From positions 7,328,001-7,392,000 of the forward strand of contig OZ250169.1 in the NCBI GenBank assembly GCA_965237955.1: a stretch of 64,000 bases of DNA, given 5' to 3'. The translations under genes were made by a program, and so were the position numbers. Of this stretch, positions 1 to 11,477 are shown piece after piece; the stretch's first letter is position 1, and every line of letters begins with the position of its first letter. A model generated the notes under the pieces. It searched no databases. It was given only the letters and a program-made list of their open reading frames with translations, and had not been told where the DNA came from. Origin of the DNA: Candidatus Marinacidobacterales bacterium. Its GTDB lineage: Bacteria; Acidobacteriota; Vicinamibacteria; Marinacidobacterales; SMYC01.

Positions 1-837
1 GAAACCTACGGAACGACGACGAACGACGGCCCGTTCGGCGCTGCCGTACCGGTGTGCGGTGATCTAGGCGACCAGCAGGCTGCGCTCTATGGCCAGACGT
101 GCTTCGACCCGGGTGACGCGAAGAACACATACGGCACCGGGTGCTTCCTGCTGCTCAACACCGGCACCGACATCGTTCCCTCCCGCTCCGGTCTTCTCAC
201 CACACTCGGGTATCGGATCGGCGCGGCGCCCGCCGTCTACGCGCTCGAAGGCTCGGTAGCCATCGCCGGAGCGCTCGTACAGTGGCTGCGCGACAACTTG
301 GGTCTGATCGCGAACGCTTCCGAAGTGGAGTCCCTTGCCGAAGCGGCGGACGACAACGGCGGCATGTATCTCGTTCCCGCGTTTTCCGGGCTGTTCGCAC
401 CGCATTGGCGCAGCGACGCTCGCGGGGTCATGGTCGGGTTGACGCGGTTCATCCGCAAGGAGCACATCGCTCGAGCGAGCCTCGAAGCGACCGCCTACCA
501 AACGAAGGAAGTGTTGGACGCGATGCACCAAGACTCCGGTGTCGGGCTCACCTCGCTCAAAGTCGACGGCGGCATGGTGCTCAACGAGCTCCTCATGCAA
601 TTCCAATCCGATATGCTCGGAGTGCCCGTCGTCCGCCCGCGCGTCAACGAGACGACCTCGCTCGGGGCGGCCTATGCGGCAGGACTTGCCGTGGGTTTTT
701 GGTCGAGCGAGGACGAGCTGCGCAAGAACTGGACAGCCGACAAGGACTGGACTCCTCGGATGGAACCCGATGAGCGCGCGCGACTCTATGCCGGCTGGAA
801 GAAGGCAGTGGAGCGCACGCTGAACTGGGTATCATGA
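1..837 (+). CDS. glpK: Glycerol kinase, 5'-truncated by window edge
   Basis: Frame open from base 1. Motifs [59 protein letters not shown]. Confidence 0.96.
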   Translation, partial: ETYGTTTNDGPFGAAVPVCGDLGDQQAALYGQTCFDPGDAKNTYGTGCFLLLNTGTDIVPSRSGLLTTLGYRIGAAPAVYALEGSVAIAGALVQWLRDNLGLIANASEVESLAEAADDNGGMYLVPAFSGLFAPHWRSDARGVMVGLTRFIRKEHIARASLEATAYQTKEVLDAMHQDSGVGLTSLKVDGGMVLNELLMQFQSDMLGVPVVRPRVNETTSLGAAYAAGLAVGFWSSEDELRKNWTADKDWTPRMEPDERARLYAGWKKAVERTLNWVS

Positions 838-1007
838 AGCGGCTGATGCAGGGATTCAGGAGTGCGGTGAGCTAAGCAAAATACGGCCACTTCGAGACCG
901 AGCTTGCGTACGTGGTTCTGGAGCTTGGCAGAGCGCTCTTGGACGGATTCGACCGCACCCCCGAACAAATTTTCACCCACACTGGAAACGAAGTCTAAGA
1001 AACCCAT
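786..1007 (-). pseudogene. 5' remnant of a Kbp/YgaU-like BON-LysM protein
   Basis: AGGAGG RBS (1015-1020) and ATG at 1007. MGFLDFVSSVGENLFG...KLQNHVRKLGLEV resembles the Kbp N-terminus; similarity stops after about 40 aa and the frame runs into the glpK 3' end. Confidence 0.55.
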
Positions 1008-1084
1008 TTTCTTGCCTCCTTCTCGAATATGCGCACACTTCGCGCACGCCAGGATAACTAGGAGGGTCGTCGGCAGCGGAGTTG

Positions 1085-1642
1085 TCAAGGGTTCCGGGAG
1101 GGAAGGCTCGCGCGATCCAGCTGATTCAGTGTCGGGTGCGCTTGGTCGCGGGTTGACAGGATGGGGTTTTTGACCTCCGCAGGCCATTCGATCCCGATCG
1201 CGGGGTCGTTCCAGAGAAGACCACCTTCTTCCTCAGGTCGGTAAATGTCGGTGGTCTTGTACCAAACGTCGGCTTCGTCCGACAGCACGCAAAACCCGTG
1301 CGCAAAGCCAGGTGGAAGATACACTTGGCGCCGGTTGTGAGCGCTGAGCGTGGTCCCCAACCATCGACCGAAGTCGTCGGAATCGGGACGAATGTCAACG
1401 GCGACGTCGAAGATTTCGCCGCGGACGACGGTCACGAGCTTTCCCTGGCGACGCTGGTAGTGAAGCCCGCGCAGAACGTGTTTTTGCGAATGTGAAAGGT
1501 TGTCCTGCACGAACGGCCCGCTCACGCCGGCTTCGCGGTACGCGTCGTCGCGAAAGGTTTCCATGAAAAATCCGCGCGCGTCTTCGTGGCGTCTCGGCTC
1601 GAGAAGGATGACGTCTTTGATTGGCGTCTCGAGCACTTTCAC
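1085..1642 (-). CDS. rfbC: dTDP-4-dehydrorhamnose 3,5-epimerase
   Basis: DARGFFMETF, QDNLSHS, VLRGLHYQ, GEIFDVAVDIR, PGFAHGF. GTG start overlaps the rfbA stop. Confidence 0.95.
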   Translation of the reverse strand: MKVLETPIKDVILLEPRRHEDARGFFMETFRDDAYREAGVSGPFVQDNLSHSQKHVLRGLHYQRRQGKLVTVVRGEIFDVAVDIRPDSDDFGRWLGTTLSAHNRRQVYLPPGFAHGFCVLSDEADVWYKTTDIYRPEEEGGLLWNDPAIGIEWPAEVKNPILSTRDQAHPTLNQLDRASLPSRNP

Positions 1643-2523
1643 TACGACCCGTCCTGCTCGAGAATCGACAGGAGGTAGCGTCCGTACTCGCTCGCGGCAT
1701 GCGTTTGTCCGAGCTTGCGGAGATCCGCTTTGTCGATGAAGCCCATGCGGAACGCAACCTCTTCCGGACAACAAATCTTGAGCCCCTGCCGCTGTTCGAC
1801 GGCTTCGATAAACGTCGCTGCCTGCAACATCGACTCTTTGGTGCCGGTGTCGAGCCAGGCGTAGCCGCGTCCGAGCGTTTCCACGTAGAGCGCACCGAGC
1901 TCGAGGTAGCGCCGATTCAAGTCCGTGATCTCGAGCTCTCCTCGCGCGGACGGCCTCAAGCCGCGTGTGAGCTCGACGACACGACCGTCGTAGAAGTAGA
2001 GCCCGGTGACGGCGTAGTTGGATGCAGGTTTTCGTGGCTTCTCCTCGAGCGCAACCGCTCGACCGTCGTCATCGAAGGTGACCACGCCGTAGCGTTCCGG
2101 ATCGCGCACCCGGTACGCGAAGATCGTTGCGCCGGAATCGCGCCCGACGGCGGTGCTCAAGTGCCGCGTGAGCTCGTGCCCGTAGAACAGATTGTCGCCG
2201 AGAACGAGAGCGCACCCGTCACCGTCGATGAACTCCTCACCGATCAAGAATGCCTGCGCCAGGCCTTCGGGACGCGGCTGGACGGCGTAGCGAATGCGGA
2301 TGCCGAATTGGCTTCCATCCGCGAGCAGATTTTCGAAGAGCGGACGGTCTTGAGGTGTGGTGATGACGAGCACGTCCTGGATTCCCGCGAGCATCAACGT
2401 GCTCAACGGGAAATACACCATCGGCTTGTCGTACACGGGAAGGAGCTGCTTGCTTACGGCTGTCGTTATTGGATACAGACGAGTGCCTTCACCTCCCGCA
2501 AGGATGATGCCTTTTTTGATCAT
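1642..2523 (-). CDS. rfbA: Glucose-1-phosphate thymidylyltransferase
   Basis: [41 protein letters not shown]. Confidence 0.97.
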   Translation of the reverse strand: MIKKGIILAGGEGTRLYPITTAVSKQLLPVYDKPMVYFPLSTLMLAGIQDVLVITTPQDRPLFENLLADGSQFGIRIRYAVQPRPEGLAQAFLIGEEFIDGDGCALVLGDNLFYGHELTRHLSTAVGRDSGATIFAYRVRDPERYGVVTFDDDGRAVALEEKPRKPASNYAVTGLYFYDGRVVELTRGLRPSARGELEITDLNRRYLELGALYVETLGRGYAWLDTGTKESMLQAATFIEAVEQRQGLKICCPEEVAFRMGFIDKADLRKLGQTHAASEYGRYLLSILEQDGS

Positions 2524-2604
2524 CTCGTCAATTGTAACTAACGAAAAAGGGTGCATCGCAAAGGCGACGCACCCGGAGACTGGATGGCGATGTCGGTGAT
2601 GGGC

Positions 2605-3018
2605 CTACAGCTCGCTCGGCTCGCCGTAGGGCCCCTCGATGTGGATCTTCTTGAGTCCCTTGCGAACCATTTCGGTCTCGCCCGCTGGAAGCCCGTTCTG
2701 CTGGAACAGGAACGCCACGATATCGATGTACTCTTTTCGCTTGAGACGCCCGGGGTTGTCCTCCGGCATCGTCGAGCGGATGAACTCGACCAAATCATTC
2801 ACACTCATTCCGCTCCAGCCGTCCATATACCCGCCGTCGGCGAACTCCTCGGGCTGGTGGCACACCATGCACGCTTCGCTAAAGAGTTGTTGGCCGCGCT
2901 CTGCTTGCACCTGGGAGTAGACGCCGGACTGCACCGACGTCGCCCCGTCTTGGGCCGACAGGGACCATGCGATGGCGAGAAATCCGCTCAGAAACATGCA
3001 AATCATCGCTTTTTGCAT
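2605..3018 (-). CDS. Exported monoheme c-type cytochrome
   Basis: Signal peptide, CMVCH heme motif, distal Met in STMPEDNPG; GGAG RBS before ATG 3018. Confidence 0.85.
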   Translation of the reverse strand: MQKAMICMFLSGFLAIAWSLSAQDGATSVQSGVYSQVQAERGQQLFSEACMVCHQPEEFADGGYMDGWSGMSVNDLVEFIRSTMPEDNPGRLKRKEYIDIVAFLFQQNGLPAGETEMVRKGLKKIHIEGPYGEPSEL

Positions 3019-3065
3019 TTCTGTACTCCGCTCCGCCGGGAAGGATACCACAAGGACGCGGGTCG

Positions 3066-3485
3066 TCACTCGTCGCCGAGGTCGAGCTCGGTGAGCTCGG
3101 TGATTTCGGTCGCATCTTCCTCGATGTGGGACACCACCCAGCGCCTATCCACCCGCCTCATCAAGACGTATTGGCGTGTGACCGCCACGCGCCGGTTACC
3201 AAAAGGTTTCATCTCGCTCACTTTTTGAAATTGAATCGCCTCGCGCACGGTGAGGCGCACCTCGTCATCGCCTATTGGCTCGGCTGTCTCGAGATGGTAG
3301 CTCACGTCGACGATGTGTCCCTCGATATCGCGAAAGGACCGCGTCTTGCCTCGATCGAGCGCGAGGGCTGTGGCTTCGTCCCGATAGCTCCGGTAGGCCT
3401 CGGCCATGGGCCCGAAGTAGCCGACGACGTCGCGGAGCGCGGTCACGACGACAACGAACGCGAGAAACAGCAACAGCTTCTTCAA
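3066..3485 (-). CDS. Hypothetical membrane-anchored protein
   Basis: TTG start gives MKKLLLFLAFVVVV; host-like codon usage; start uncertain. Confidence 0.6.
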   Translation of the reverse strand: MKKLLLFLAFVVVVTALRDVVGYFGPMAEAYRSYRDEATALALDRGKTRSFRDIEGHIVDVSYHLETAEPIGDDEVRLTVREAIQFQKVSEMKPFGNRRVAVTRQYVLMRRVDRRWVVSHIEEDATEITELTELDLGDE

Positions 3486-3563
3486 CAGAAGTCCCCGAAC
3501 CCATTGTACGGTAAGGGTTATACTTCGAAAAGCCGCTGTGTGTGCTAGGCTCGACACTTCGTC

Positions 3564-4271
3564 ATGACACGCGTGACTCTGTTGCTGTGCGGTGCCCTGA
3601 GCGTGGTTGGGTGCAACCGGCCGGAGGACACGCAGGAATTGCCGCCCGAGCTTGGCGTGGGCAAACCCGCCGAGAGCAACCCGCTTCGTCAAGGGTTCAC
3701 GCAGAATCCCGACCCCGACACCCCGGGGCTTCCACCGCCCATCCCGCCGTTTCTGAGCGATGCGGAACGCGAGGCGGCGCTCACGATGGCTGTTGCGCTC
3801 AGCGAAGCCGATGCCAGCGAGGCACAGCGCGAGCTCAAAGCACTCGTCGAAGCGTTCGAGCGGGCAACGAGCTCCGAGCTCGTCTACCAACTCCGCGAAA
3901 CTGCGCTCGGGCTAGCCAAGCGCGGTCGCATCTTGCACGTGGGTACCGACACCCTCTATGCCGACTACCTGTTTCCGAACCCCGAGGCCGACGCAGATGC
4001 GAAGTACAAAGGCAAGCTCGTCGTGTTCACGGGTAGGATTGCGCCTTCGAACATGAAGGACTTCGCCGATGGGTTCAAGCTGATCGAACAAAACCCCTAC
4101 GTGCATGATCCGCTGTTGCTCGCGACGGACTACGAGCTGTCGTTCGTCGAGTGTCGCCTAGCGCAGCCGAGGTTTCAATTGCTGCGCGATTGGCAACCGA
4201 TCCACTTCCTTGCCGAAGTCGAAGGGAAGAACGTGAGCGACGTGATGCTCGGCCGCTGTATCGTTCTCTGA
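3564..4271 (+). CDS. Lipoprotein with a probable tRNA_anti-like OB-fold
   Basis: Lipobox LSVVG-C; LYADY...ADAKYKGKLVVFTG resembles the OB-fold lipoprotein family. Confidence 0.6.
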   Translation: MTRVTLLLCGALSVVGCNRPEDTQELPPELGVGKPAESNPLRQGFTQNPDPDTPGLPPPIPPFLSDAEREAALTMAVALSEADASEAQRELKALVEAFERATSSELVYQLRETALGLAKRGRILHVGTDTLYADYLFPNPEADADAKYKGKLVVFTGRIAPSNMKDFADGFKLIEQNPYVHDPLLLATDYELSFVECRLAQPRFQLLRDWQPIHFLAEVEGKNVSDVMLGRCIVL

Positions 4272-4280
4272 GCCACCTGA

Positions 4281-5501
4281 GTGATGCCCGGCGAGATCGC
4301 TCTTTGTCTGTCCGGCGGCGGTTTCCGCTCGGCGCTTTTTCACCTTGGCGCGCTGCGCCGACTCCACGAGTTACGTTTGCTCCACGAGGTGTCCCTCGTC
4401 AGTAGCGTGTCGGGCGGAAGTATCTTGTCCGGTTTCTTCGCCGACGTTCTCGTGCGCTCGGGCGCGCCGGATTCGCGCGAGGCGTTTAACCAGTGGCTCG
4501 ACGATGTCGATTGGGAGGCAACCGTTGCAGCCCCTTTTCGCGCGATCACGGCGCGCGATTTCAGGACGCTGCCGGTTCTCAAGCACGCGCTCTGGAACTG
4601 GCTGGTTCCGGGGCCGCGCGTAGCGGATTTGGAACGTCGATACCGGCGGCGGATTTCGGACCAGAAGCTCGGTGCGCTCCCCGAACATCCTCGGTTCGTG
4701 TTCTGCGCGACTGACCTCACCTTCGGTGTGAACTGGGAGTTCGACCGCGACCGTGCGGGTGACTATCAGGCCGGTTATCTCGACGAAGCTCGCGAGTGGC
4801 CTCTTGCGCGCGCGATGGCGGCGTCGTCATGCTTTCCGCCGATCTTCGGTCCCGTGTCCGTCGGCACCGTCTCCGGCTACAAGAAGGGTAACTATCGCGG
4901 GGCCGACCGCGAAAGGCTGAAAAAGAAGATCCTGCTCACCGATGGTGGCGTCTATGACAACCTCGGGCTCGAGCCGGCGTGGAAGGACTATTCCTCGGTG
5001 CTCGTTTCCGACTGCGGCGCACCGTTCGAGTTTTCGGCCCGGAAGATGCCGCTGAGAATTCTCTTACGCTACACGTCCGTCGTCATGAATCAAGCGGCGT
5101 CGTTGCGCAAGCGCATGTTCTTCGAGAGACGTCGTAGCGGGGACTACACGGGGACGTATTGGAGCCTCGCGAGCGCCGCCCCCGATACGGATGACACGGA
5201 CGGCGGAGCCGCAGGCTATTCCCCGGAGCTCGTCCGCGAGTGCATCGCCGAGATCCGAACCGATCTCGACGCGTTCACCGAAGCAGAACAAAAGGTGCTC
5301 GAGAACCACGGCTACTTCGCCGCGAACCGTTCGGTAACGCACTACCTCGAAGGGAGAGACGTTCCTGCTGTTGCTCTCGATCCTCCGCACTCGGAATGGA
5401 CCGATGAGGCGAAAGTGCGATCCGCGCTCGCAACGAGCCACCGGAGAATCTCGCTATCCCGCTGGTTGCAAGTGATGAAAGAGCGTTGCGCCCGACGCTA
5501 G
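4281..5501 (+). CDS. Patatin-like phospholipase
   Basis: LSGGGFRS oxyanion loop, SVSGG nucleophile elbow, DGGVYDN. Confidence 0.9.
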   Translation: MMPGEIALCLSGGGFRSALFHLGALRRLHELRLLHEVSLVSSVSGGSILSGFFADVLVRSGAPDSREAFNQWLDDVDWEATVAAPFRAITARDFRTLPVLKHALWNWLVPGPRVADLERRYRRRISDQKLGALPEHPRFVFCATDLTFGVNWEFDRDRAGDYQAGYLDEAREWPLARAMAASSCFPPIFGPVSVGTVSGYKKGNYRGADRERLKKKILLTDGGVYDNLGLEPAWKDYSSVLVSDCGAPFEFSARKMPLRILLRYTSVVMNQAASLRKRMFFERRRSGDYTGTYWSLASAAPDTDDTDGGAAGYSPELVRECIAEIRTDLDAFTEAEQKVLENHGYFAANRSVTHYLEGRDVPAVALDPPHSEWTDEAKVRSALATSHRRISLSRWLQVMKERCARR

Positions 5502-5778
5502 CGTTCGCTTTTCTGTACGACTAAAGCGGTGGGACGGCGGATGGACCGCTTCTTGCAAAGCGTCGTTCCTCGACCTAATCCGTTCAGTGAGAGGGGCGTC
5601 GTCGTGAGCGACCGCCGGTCCTCGTTTGCACGGGCATGGTTCTTGCAGGTTCGAAGGCAACCCCGAACGGCCTGGAGGAGTCGCGATGATCAAGGCACAA
5701 GGCACGACTCGCCTTTCCGCTACTAGCTCTCACTCCCGTGAACGCCGCTAGAGACAACTCGACAGAAGGAGGCTCGCA

Positions 5779-6216
5779 GTGCTGACACGAAAAGCAAGAA
5801 AAGCAAACGTCCTCTTGGTCTGCGCCGGGCTCGTGCTGTGTGCGCGGTGGGGAAGTGCTGCGGAAGTTCGAGGGAAGGCGGGTGCAGGAACGGGACTGGC
5901 GTACGGATCGCCGTTTCCAGGCGTGGGCGTGGAGCTCGAGCTCGGCGAGCACGTGTCGGTGATGGGTGGAGCGGGCGTGCTCACCGCTGAGATGACCTGG
6001 TCTTACGGCATTCGCGTGTACTTCCAAGAGCGAGCCCGAAGATTTAGGCCCCACGTAAGTATGCTCCGATGGACGGAAGGCAACGGCGTCTACGTTGGCG
6101 TCGACCACGACGTCGGCAAGCCCAGTGGTTTCAACCTGACGTACGGCGTTGGTTATGGTGACGTGAACTTGGAAGGACGAGTCGGTCTCATGTTCGGCCT
6201 AGGCTACCGGTTCTAG
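5779..6216 (+). CDS. Hypothetical small outer-membrane beta-barrel protein
   Basis: Signal peptide, alternating hydrophobic strands, C-terminal GLGYRF. Confidence 0.6.
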   Translation: MLTRKARKANVLLVCAGLVLCARWGSAAEVRGKAGAGTGLAYGSPFPGVGVELELGEHVSVMGGAGVLTAEMTWSYGIRVYFQERARRFRPHVSMLRWTEGNGVYVGVDHDVGKPSGFNLTYGVGYGDVNLEGRVGLMFGLGYRF

Positions 6217-6258
6217 CTAGCACGAGATTCCGTAAATGGAGCCATGGAAGCAAAAAAA

Positions 6259-6342
6259 GCAAAGACGTGAAGACGCAAAGAACTCGAGTCGAGTGAAGTG
6301 AACCCGAACCATTCGCGTCTCTGCGCCCTTCTCGTCTTTGCG
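6259..6342. repeat. Degenerate inverted array of 8-bp NCGCAAAG units
   Basis: GCAAAGACGTGAAGACGCAAAGA pairs imperfectly with TCTCTGCGCCCTTCTCGTCTTTGCG; lies between convergent genes. Confidence 0.65.
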
Positions 6343-6357
6343 TTTGTTTTTCGGGAG

Positions 6358-9300
6358 CTAGTAGCCCAGGTACGGTCGCAGCCAGCGTTCGATTTCAGCA
6401 ACGGGAGCTCCCTTACGGGCGGCGTAGTCTTCAACCTGGTCGCGGCCGATTTTGCCGACGCTGAAGTACTTCGCCTCGGGATGATTGAAATACAGCCCGC
6501 TCACCGAGGCGGCAGGGAGCATCGCGAAGTTTTCGGTCAAGCTCACACCGATGCGCTTCTCGGCGTCGAGTAGCGCGAAAAGGGTTTCCTTCTCGCTGTG
6601 ATCGGGTGACGCCGGGTAGCCCGGTGCCGGTCGAATGCCTCGGTAGCGCTCGCGGATCAAATCCTGTTTGGTGAGCTGTTCCTGGTTGCCGAAGCCTGCG
6701 TCTCGGCGCGCCTGCTCGTGGATTTTTTCCGCGAGTGCTTCGGCGAGCCGGTCGGCCAGCGCTTTGACCATGATCGCGTTGTAGTCGTCGTGGTCGTTCT
6801 CGTATTGCTTCGCGAGCTCGTCGGCGCCAAGCCCTGCGGTGACGACGAACGCTCCGATGTAGTCGGCGTTTCCTGCGGGCGCGAGAAAGTCGGCCAGAGC
6901 GAGGTAAGAGTGCCCAACCCGTTTTTCTTGCTGTTGGCGCAGCGTGTGGAGACGGGCTTTTACGGCGGCGCGACTCTCGTCTCTATAAATAATGATGTCG
7001 TCCCCGTCACGGTTCGCGGGGAAGAAGCCGTAGACGGCGCGGGCGGTGAGCTTCTTGCCGTCCACGAGCTCAAGCAGGAGGCACTGGGCATTGTCGAACA
7101 GCTCACGGGCCGCGGGACCGACGTCGGGTTTATCGAGCAAGTCGGGATAGAGGCCCCGAAACTCCCACACGTGAAAAAACGGGGTCCAGTCGATGTAGTC
7201 GGCGATGTCGGCGAGCGGTACCGGATCGAGCACGCGGACTCCGCTGAATTCCGGCTTCGCGATATCGTCCGAGCTCCATTCGATCGAAAGCGCCTTCTCC
7301 TTGGCAGCATCGTAGGGGGTGAGCTTTTTCCCCCCCTGTTCGAAGTCTCGTCGAAGAGCTTCCTGCTCGTCACGGTTCTCGGCGACGAAATCGACTCGAG
7401 CGTCCACGTTCAAGAGGTTGCTGACAGTGGTGACCGCGCGCGAGGCGTCGAGCACATGAACGGTGTCGTGTCCGTAGCAGGGAGCGATCTTCACCGCCGT
7501 GTGCTTGCGCGACGTCGTCGCTCCACCGATGAGCAGCGGCACGTTCATTTCCTGACGCTCCATCTCGGAGGCGACATGCACCATTTCGTCGAGCGACGGC
7601 GTGATGAGGCCGGATAGCCCGATGAAGTCCGCGTTCTCGTTCTTGGCAGCGTCCAGGATCTTGTCCGCCGGAACCATGACGCCCAGATCGTGAATCTCGT
7701 ATCCGTTGCACGCGAGGACGACACCGACGATGTTCTTACCTATGTCGTGGACGTCTCCTTTGACCGTCGCCAGGACGAGCTTCGCCTTCGCTTTGACGTC
7801 CCCCGACGCTTTCTTCTCCTCTTCCATGAACGGCTCGAGGTAGGCGACTGCTTTTTTCATCACCCGAGCGCTCTTCACCACTTGTGGAAGAAACATCTTG
7901 CCCGCACCGAACAGATCGCCCACCACGTTCATACCGTCCATCAACGGGCCTTCGATGACGGCAAGGGACCGGCCGTAGTTCTGTCGGGCTTCCTCGGCGT
8001 CGTCCACGATATAGTCGACGATGCCGCGGACGAGCGCATGGGACAAGCGCTCTTCGACCGAGCCCTCGCGCCACGACTCGTCTTTCTCGCGCTTTTTCCC
8101 GGGACCTTTTTGATCTTCGGCCAACGCGATGAGGGCTTCGGTCGCTTGTGCGTTTTTGTTGAACAAAACGTCTTCGATCCGCTCGCGGAGAGTCCGCTCG
8201 ATGTCGTCGTAGACCGCGAGCTGCCCGGCATTGATGATCCCCATGTCGAGACCCGCGTGGATGGCGTGGTAGAGAAACGAAGAGTTCATCGCTTCGCGGA
8301 CAAAGTCGTTTCCCCGGAACGAGAACGACAGGTTGCTGATACCGCCGGAGACTTTGGCGCCGGGGAACGCTTCCTTGATGCGACGTGTCGCTTCGAGGAA
8401 CGAAAGCGCGTAATCGTTGTGCTCGTCCATCCCAGTTGCAACGGTGAGAACGTTCGGGTCGAAGACGATGTCCTGTGGCGCGAAGCCGATTTCTTCCGTC
8501 AGAATCCGATACGCGCGCCCGCAAATCGCGACCTTACGATCGGTTGACGTTGCCTGGCCTTTCTCATCGAACGCCATGGCGATGACGGCGGCGCCGTAGC
8601 GCAGGATGAGACGGGCCTGGCTCTTGAACACCTCCTCACCTTCCTTGAGGCTGATGGAGTTCACGATGCTCTTTCCCTGAAGGCACTTCAAGCCCGCCTC
8701 GATGACGGAGAACTTGGAGCTGTCCACCATGATCGGAAGCCGCGCGATGTCGGGCTCCGCGGTGATGAGGTGGAGAAAAGTCGTCATCTCTTTCGCGGAA
8801 TCGAGAAGACCTTCATCCATGTTCACGTCGAGAATGTTGGCGCCCCCATCCACTTGATGCCGGGCGACGTCGAGTGCTTCTTCGAGAGCGCCCGTCTTTA
8901 CCAGGCGCGCGAACTTGCGGGAGCCGGTGACGTTGGTCCGCTCACCGATGACGATGAAGTTCGACTCAGGTCGAATCGTCAACGCCTCGAGCCCGGAAAG
9001 CTGCGTGAACGTCGACGTCGGCGATGGAACGTGCGGAGCGTATCGGGCGACACTTTCGGCAATGGCGCGGATGTGATCGGGCGTCGTGCCGCAGCAGCCA
9101 CCGGCGAAGTTCAGCCAGCCCTCGCCGGCGAAATCAGTGAGGGTCTCGGCCATTTGCTCCGGCGTTTCATCGTAGCCCCCGAAGGCGTTCGGCAGTCCTG
9201 CGTTCGGCACGCAGCTCACGAGCACGTCGGAAACGGACGCGAGCTCTTCGACATAGGGGCGCATCATCGACGGACCGAGCGCACAGTTGATCCCGACCGC

Positions 9301-10035
9301 GAGAAGCGGAGCCTGCGACACCGAGATCCAATATGCTTCGGGGGTTTGTCCGGAGAGATTGCGGCCGCTCTCGTCCACGATGGTGACCGAGGATATGACC
9401 GGCAGAATGATGCCGCGTTCTTCGAAGAGAACTTGAATGGCGAACAGCGCCGCCTTCATGTTGAGGGTGTCGAAAGCGGTTTCAGGTAACAACAGATCTA
9501 CGCCGCCGTCTATTAGACCACGCGCTTGCTGGTAGTACGCGTCACGGAGCTCGTCGAAGCTGACGCCGCGGAACGCCGGGTTGGTCACATCGGGTGAGAT
9601 CGAGCCGGTCTTGTTGGTCGGTCCCATGGAGCCGGCAACGAAGCGGGGCCGCTCGGAGGTTTTCGCGGTGAACGCGTCGGCAGCGCGCCTCGCGATCACG
9701 GCTGCCTGGCGGTTGATCTCGTAGACGTGCGGCTCTAGTCCGTAGTCGGCCATCGCGATCGACGTGCCGTTGAACGTGTTGGTCTCGATGATGTCGGCGC
9801 CGGCTTCGAGATAGTGACGGTGGATCTCTTCGATGATGTCAGGCCGAGTGAGCGAAAGAAGATCGTTCGCCCCTTTGAGCGGCATCGAGTGATCGCGGAA
9901 CACCTCGCCGTCGCCGCGAAAGCCGTCTTCGTCCAAGCCGTAGCTTTGGATCATCGTGCCCATCGCCCCGTCGATGACGAGGATGCGCTCAGACGCGAGT
10001 CCGCGCAGGCGTTCGATGAGTGGCGAGTCTTTCAT
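6358..10035 (-). CDS. metH: Cobalamin-dependent methionine synthase
   Basis: [28 protein letters not shown]12 motif [17 protein letters not shown]; full four-module length. Confidence 0.98.
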   Translation of the reverse strand: MKDSPLIERLRGLASERILVIDGAMGTMIQSYGLDEDGFRGDGEVFRDHSMPLKGANDLLSLTRPDIIEEIHRHYLEAGADIIETNTFNGTSIAMADYGLEPHVYEINRQAAVIARRAADAFTAKTSERPRFVAGSMGPTNKTGSISPDVTNPAFRGVSFDELRDAYYQQARGLIDGGVDLLLPETAFDTLNMKAALFAIQVLFEERGIILPVISSVTIVDESGRNLSGQTPEAYWISVSQAPLLAVGINCALGPSMMRPYVEELASVSDVLVSCVPNAGLPNAFGGYDETPEQMAETLTDFAGEGWLNFAGGCCGTTPDHIRAIAESVARYAPHVPSPTSTFTQLSGLEALTIRPESNFIVIGERTNVTGSRKFARLVKTGALEEALDVARHQVDGGANILDVNMDEGLLDSAKEMTTFLHLITAEPDIARLPIMVDSSKFSVIEAGLKCLQGKSIVNSISLKEGEEVFKSQARLILRYGAAVIAMAFDEKGQATSTDRKVAICGRAYRILTEEIGFAPQDIVFDPNVLTVATGMDEHNDYALSFLEATRRIKEAFPGAKVSGGISNLSFSFRGNDFVREAMNSSFLYHAIHAGLDMGIINAGQLAVYDDIERTLRERIEDVLFNKNAQATEALIALAEDQKGPGKKREKDESWREGSVEERLSHALVRGIVDYIVDDAEEARQNYGRSLAVIEGPLMDGMNVVGDLFGAGKMFLPQVVKSARVMKKAVAYLEPFMEEEKKASGDVKAKAKLVLATVKGDVHDIGKNIVGVVLACNGYEIHDLGVMVPADKILDAAKNENADFIGLSGLITPSLDEMVHVASEMERQEMNVPLLIGGATTSRKHTAVKIAPCYGHDTVHVLDASRAVTTVSNLLNVDARVDFVAENRDEQEALRRDFEQGGKKLTPYDAAKEKALSIEWSSDDIAKPEFSGVRVLDPVPLADIADYIDWTPFFHVWEFRGLYPDLLDKPDVGPAARELFDNAQCLLLELVDGKKLTARAVYGFFPANRDGDDIIIYRDESRAAVKARLHTLRQQQEKRVGHSYLALADFLAPAGNADYIGAFVVTAGLGADELAKQYENDHDDYNAIMVKALADRLAEALAEKIHEQARRDAGFGNQEQLTKQDLIRERYRGIRPAPGYPASPDHSEKETLFALLDAEKRIGVSLTENFAMLPAASVSGLYFNHPEAKYFSVGKIGRDQVEDYAARKGAPVAEIERWLRPYLGY

Positions 10036-10144
10036 AGCTATCGTGATAGCAACTTCCCCATACTCGCGCAAGCTCTATACACGCAACGGTTTCGTAGAGA
10101 GGCCCGGCGGCGCGCATCTGCGTGCGAACGGGCACACGTTTTTT

Positions 10145-10205
10145 CACCACAGAGACAGGAGCGCAGCGAAGCCGCAACATTCTTAGTTGCGGCCGCTGGG
10201 CGCGC
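10145..10205. repeat. REP-like palindrome
   Basis: CACCACAGAGACAG followed by AGCGCAGCGAAGCCGCAAC...GTTGCGGCCGCTGGGCGCGCT imperfect hairpin between divergent genes. Confidence 0.45.
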
Positions 10206-10226
10206 TAGGCTAATGTCTCGACCGCT

Positions 10227-11456
10227 GTGAAGATTCATAACCGCGTTGCGATCGGCCTGCTTGCCGGTGTCGCCGTCGGGGCTTACTTCGGCGAAGACGC
10301 TTCGGTTCTCGAGCCTTTGGGGACGCTCTTCATCAAGCTCATCCGCATGGTCATCGTCCCGCTGATCGCGTCGTCGCTCATCATGGCGATCGCTGGTCTT
10401 CCCGGACGTGCGGCGCTCGGGCGGATGGGGCTTCGTGCGTTCGGGTTCATCGTTGTGAGCCTCTTCGTCGCGCTCTTGATCGGTATCGCCATCGGCGCTG
10501 TCTCGCGCCCGGGTGCGGTGCTCTCTGCGGTCGCGAGGGCTAGCCTCCTCGATGGTGGGGAGATTCCGGAGGTGGATCCGAGTGCGCCGCGACCGTCCAT
10601 CGTGGAAACCCTTCTGGACATCGTTCCCGACAATCCCATGCGCGCTGCGGTCGAAGGCAATGTCTTGCAGGTGCTGCTGGTTTCGATCCTCCTCGGACTT
10701 GCCGCAAGCGCCCTGCCGGAAAAGCGCCGCAAGCCGCTGGTCGATCTCGCTCGCAGCGTGGCCGAGACGCTCTTCAAGCTAACCAGCTGGATCCTCGAGC
10801 TCGCGCCGTTCGGCATCTTCGGCTTGATGGCAGCGGTAATAGGCCGCGCTGGGTTTTCCGTTCTGTGGAGCCTTGCGGCCTACGTCGGCGTCGTCGTTCT
10901 CGCGCTCGTGATTCACGTCGTTCTCGTCTACGGGGTGATGCTCAAGGTCGCTGCCCGACAAAGTTTGAAACGGTTCAGCGAAGCGGCGAAGCCGCCGCTT
11001 CTCATCGCGTTCGCGACGTGCTCGACCGCGGCCGCTCTTCCGGTGTCGATGTCGACGATGCAAAAGGACATGGGTCTTTCGTCCCGCGTGGCGAGCTTCG
11101 TTCTTCCTTTGGGTGCGGCGATTGGCCGCGATGGTAGTGCGATCTATCAAGCGATCTCGGTACTGTTCATCGCCCAGGTCTACGGTGTGACGTTGGGCGG
11201 TCAGGATTACGTCACGCTCATCATGACTGCGATGCTGTCGGCCCTCGCAGTCGCATCGGTGCCGGCGGCAAGCTTCGTCAACTTGACGATCATTCTTGCA
11301 GCGCTCGGACTTCCGCTCGAAGGTGCCGCCCTCGTGCTCGGCGTCGAAAGACCGCTCGATATGGCGCGCACGTCGACCAACCTCATCGGACACCTCGTCA
11401 ACGCGAGCTGGGTCGGCGCCGCGGAAGACGAAATAGCACCTACTCTAGAGGCTTAA
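10227..11456 (+). CDS. Dicarboxylate/amino acid:cation symporter (DAACS, GltP-like)
   Basis: FIKLIRMVIVPLI, IVPDNP, AFATCSTAAALP, FVLPLGA, DMARTSTN; multiple TM helices. Confidence 0.92.
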   Translation: MKIHNRVAIGLLAGVAVGAYFGEDASVLEPLGTLFIKLIRMVIVPLIASSLIMAIAGLPGRAALGRMGLRAFGFIVVSLFVALLIGIAIGAVSRPGAVLSAVARASLLDGGEIPEVDPSAPRPSIVETLLDIVPDNPMRAAVEGNVLQVLLVSILLGLAASALPEKRRKPLVDLARSVAETLFKLTSWILELAPFGIFGLMAAVIGRAGFSVLWSLAAYVGVVVLALVIHVVLVYGVMLKVAARQSLKRFSEAAKPPLLIAFATCSTAAALPVSMSTMQKDMGLSSRVASFVLPLGAAIGRDGSAIYQAISVLFIAQVYGVTLGGQDYVTLIMTAMLSALAVASVPAASFVNLTIILAALGLPLEGAALVLGVERPLDMARTSTNLIGHLVNASWVGAAEDEIAPTLEA

Positions 11457-11477
11457 ACTTTTGCCTCTCCTGCCATT

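Noticed and set aside
1085-2523. Complete rhamnose or O-antigen cluster
   Set aside because: Only rfbA and rfbC are present; rfbB, rfbD and glycosyltransferases are not adjacent.
4281-5501. Patatin as a CBASS or other defence effector
   Set aside because: No cyclase or other defence genes adjacent.
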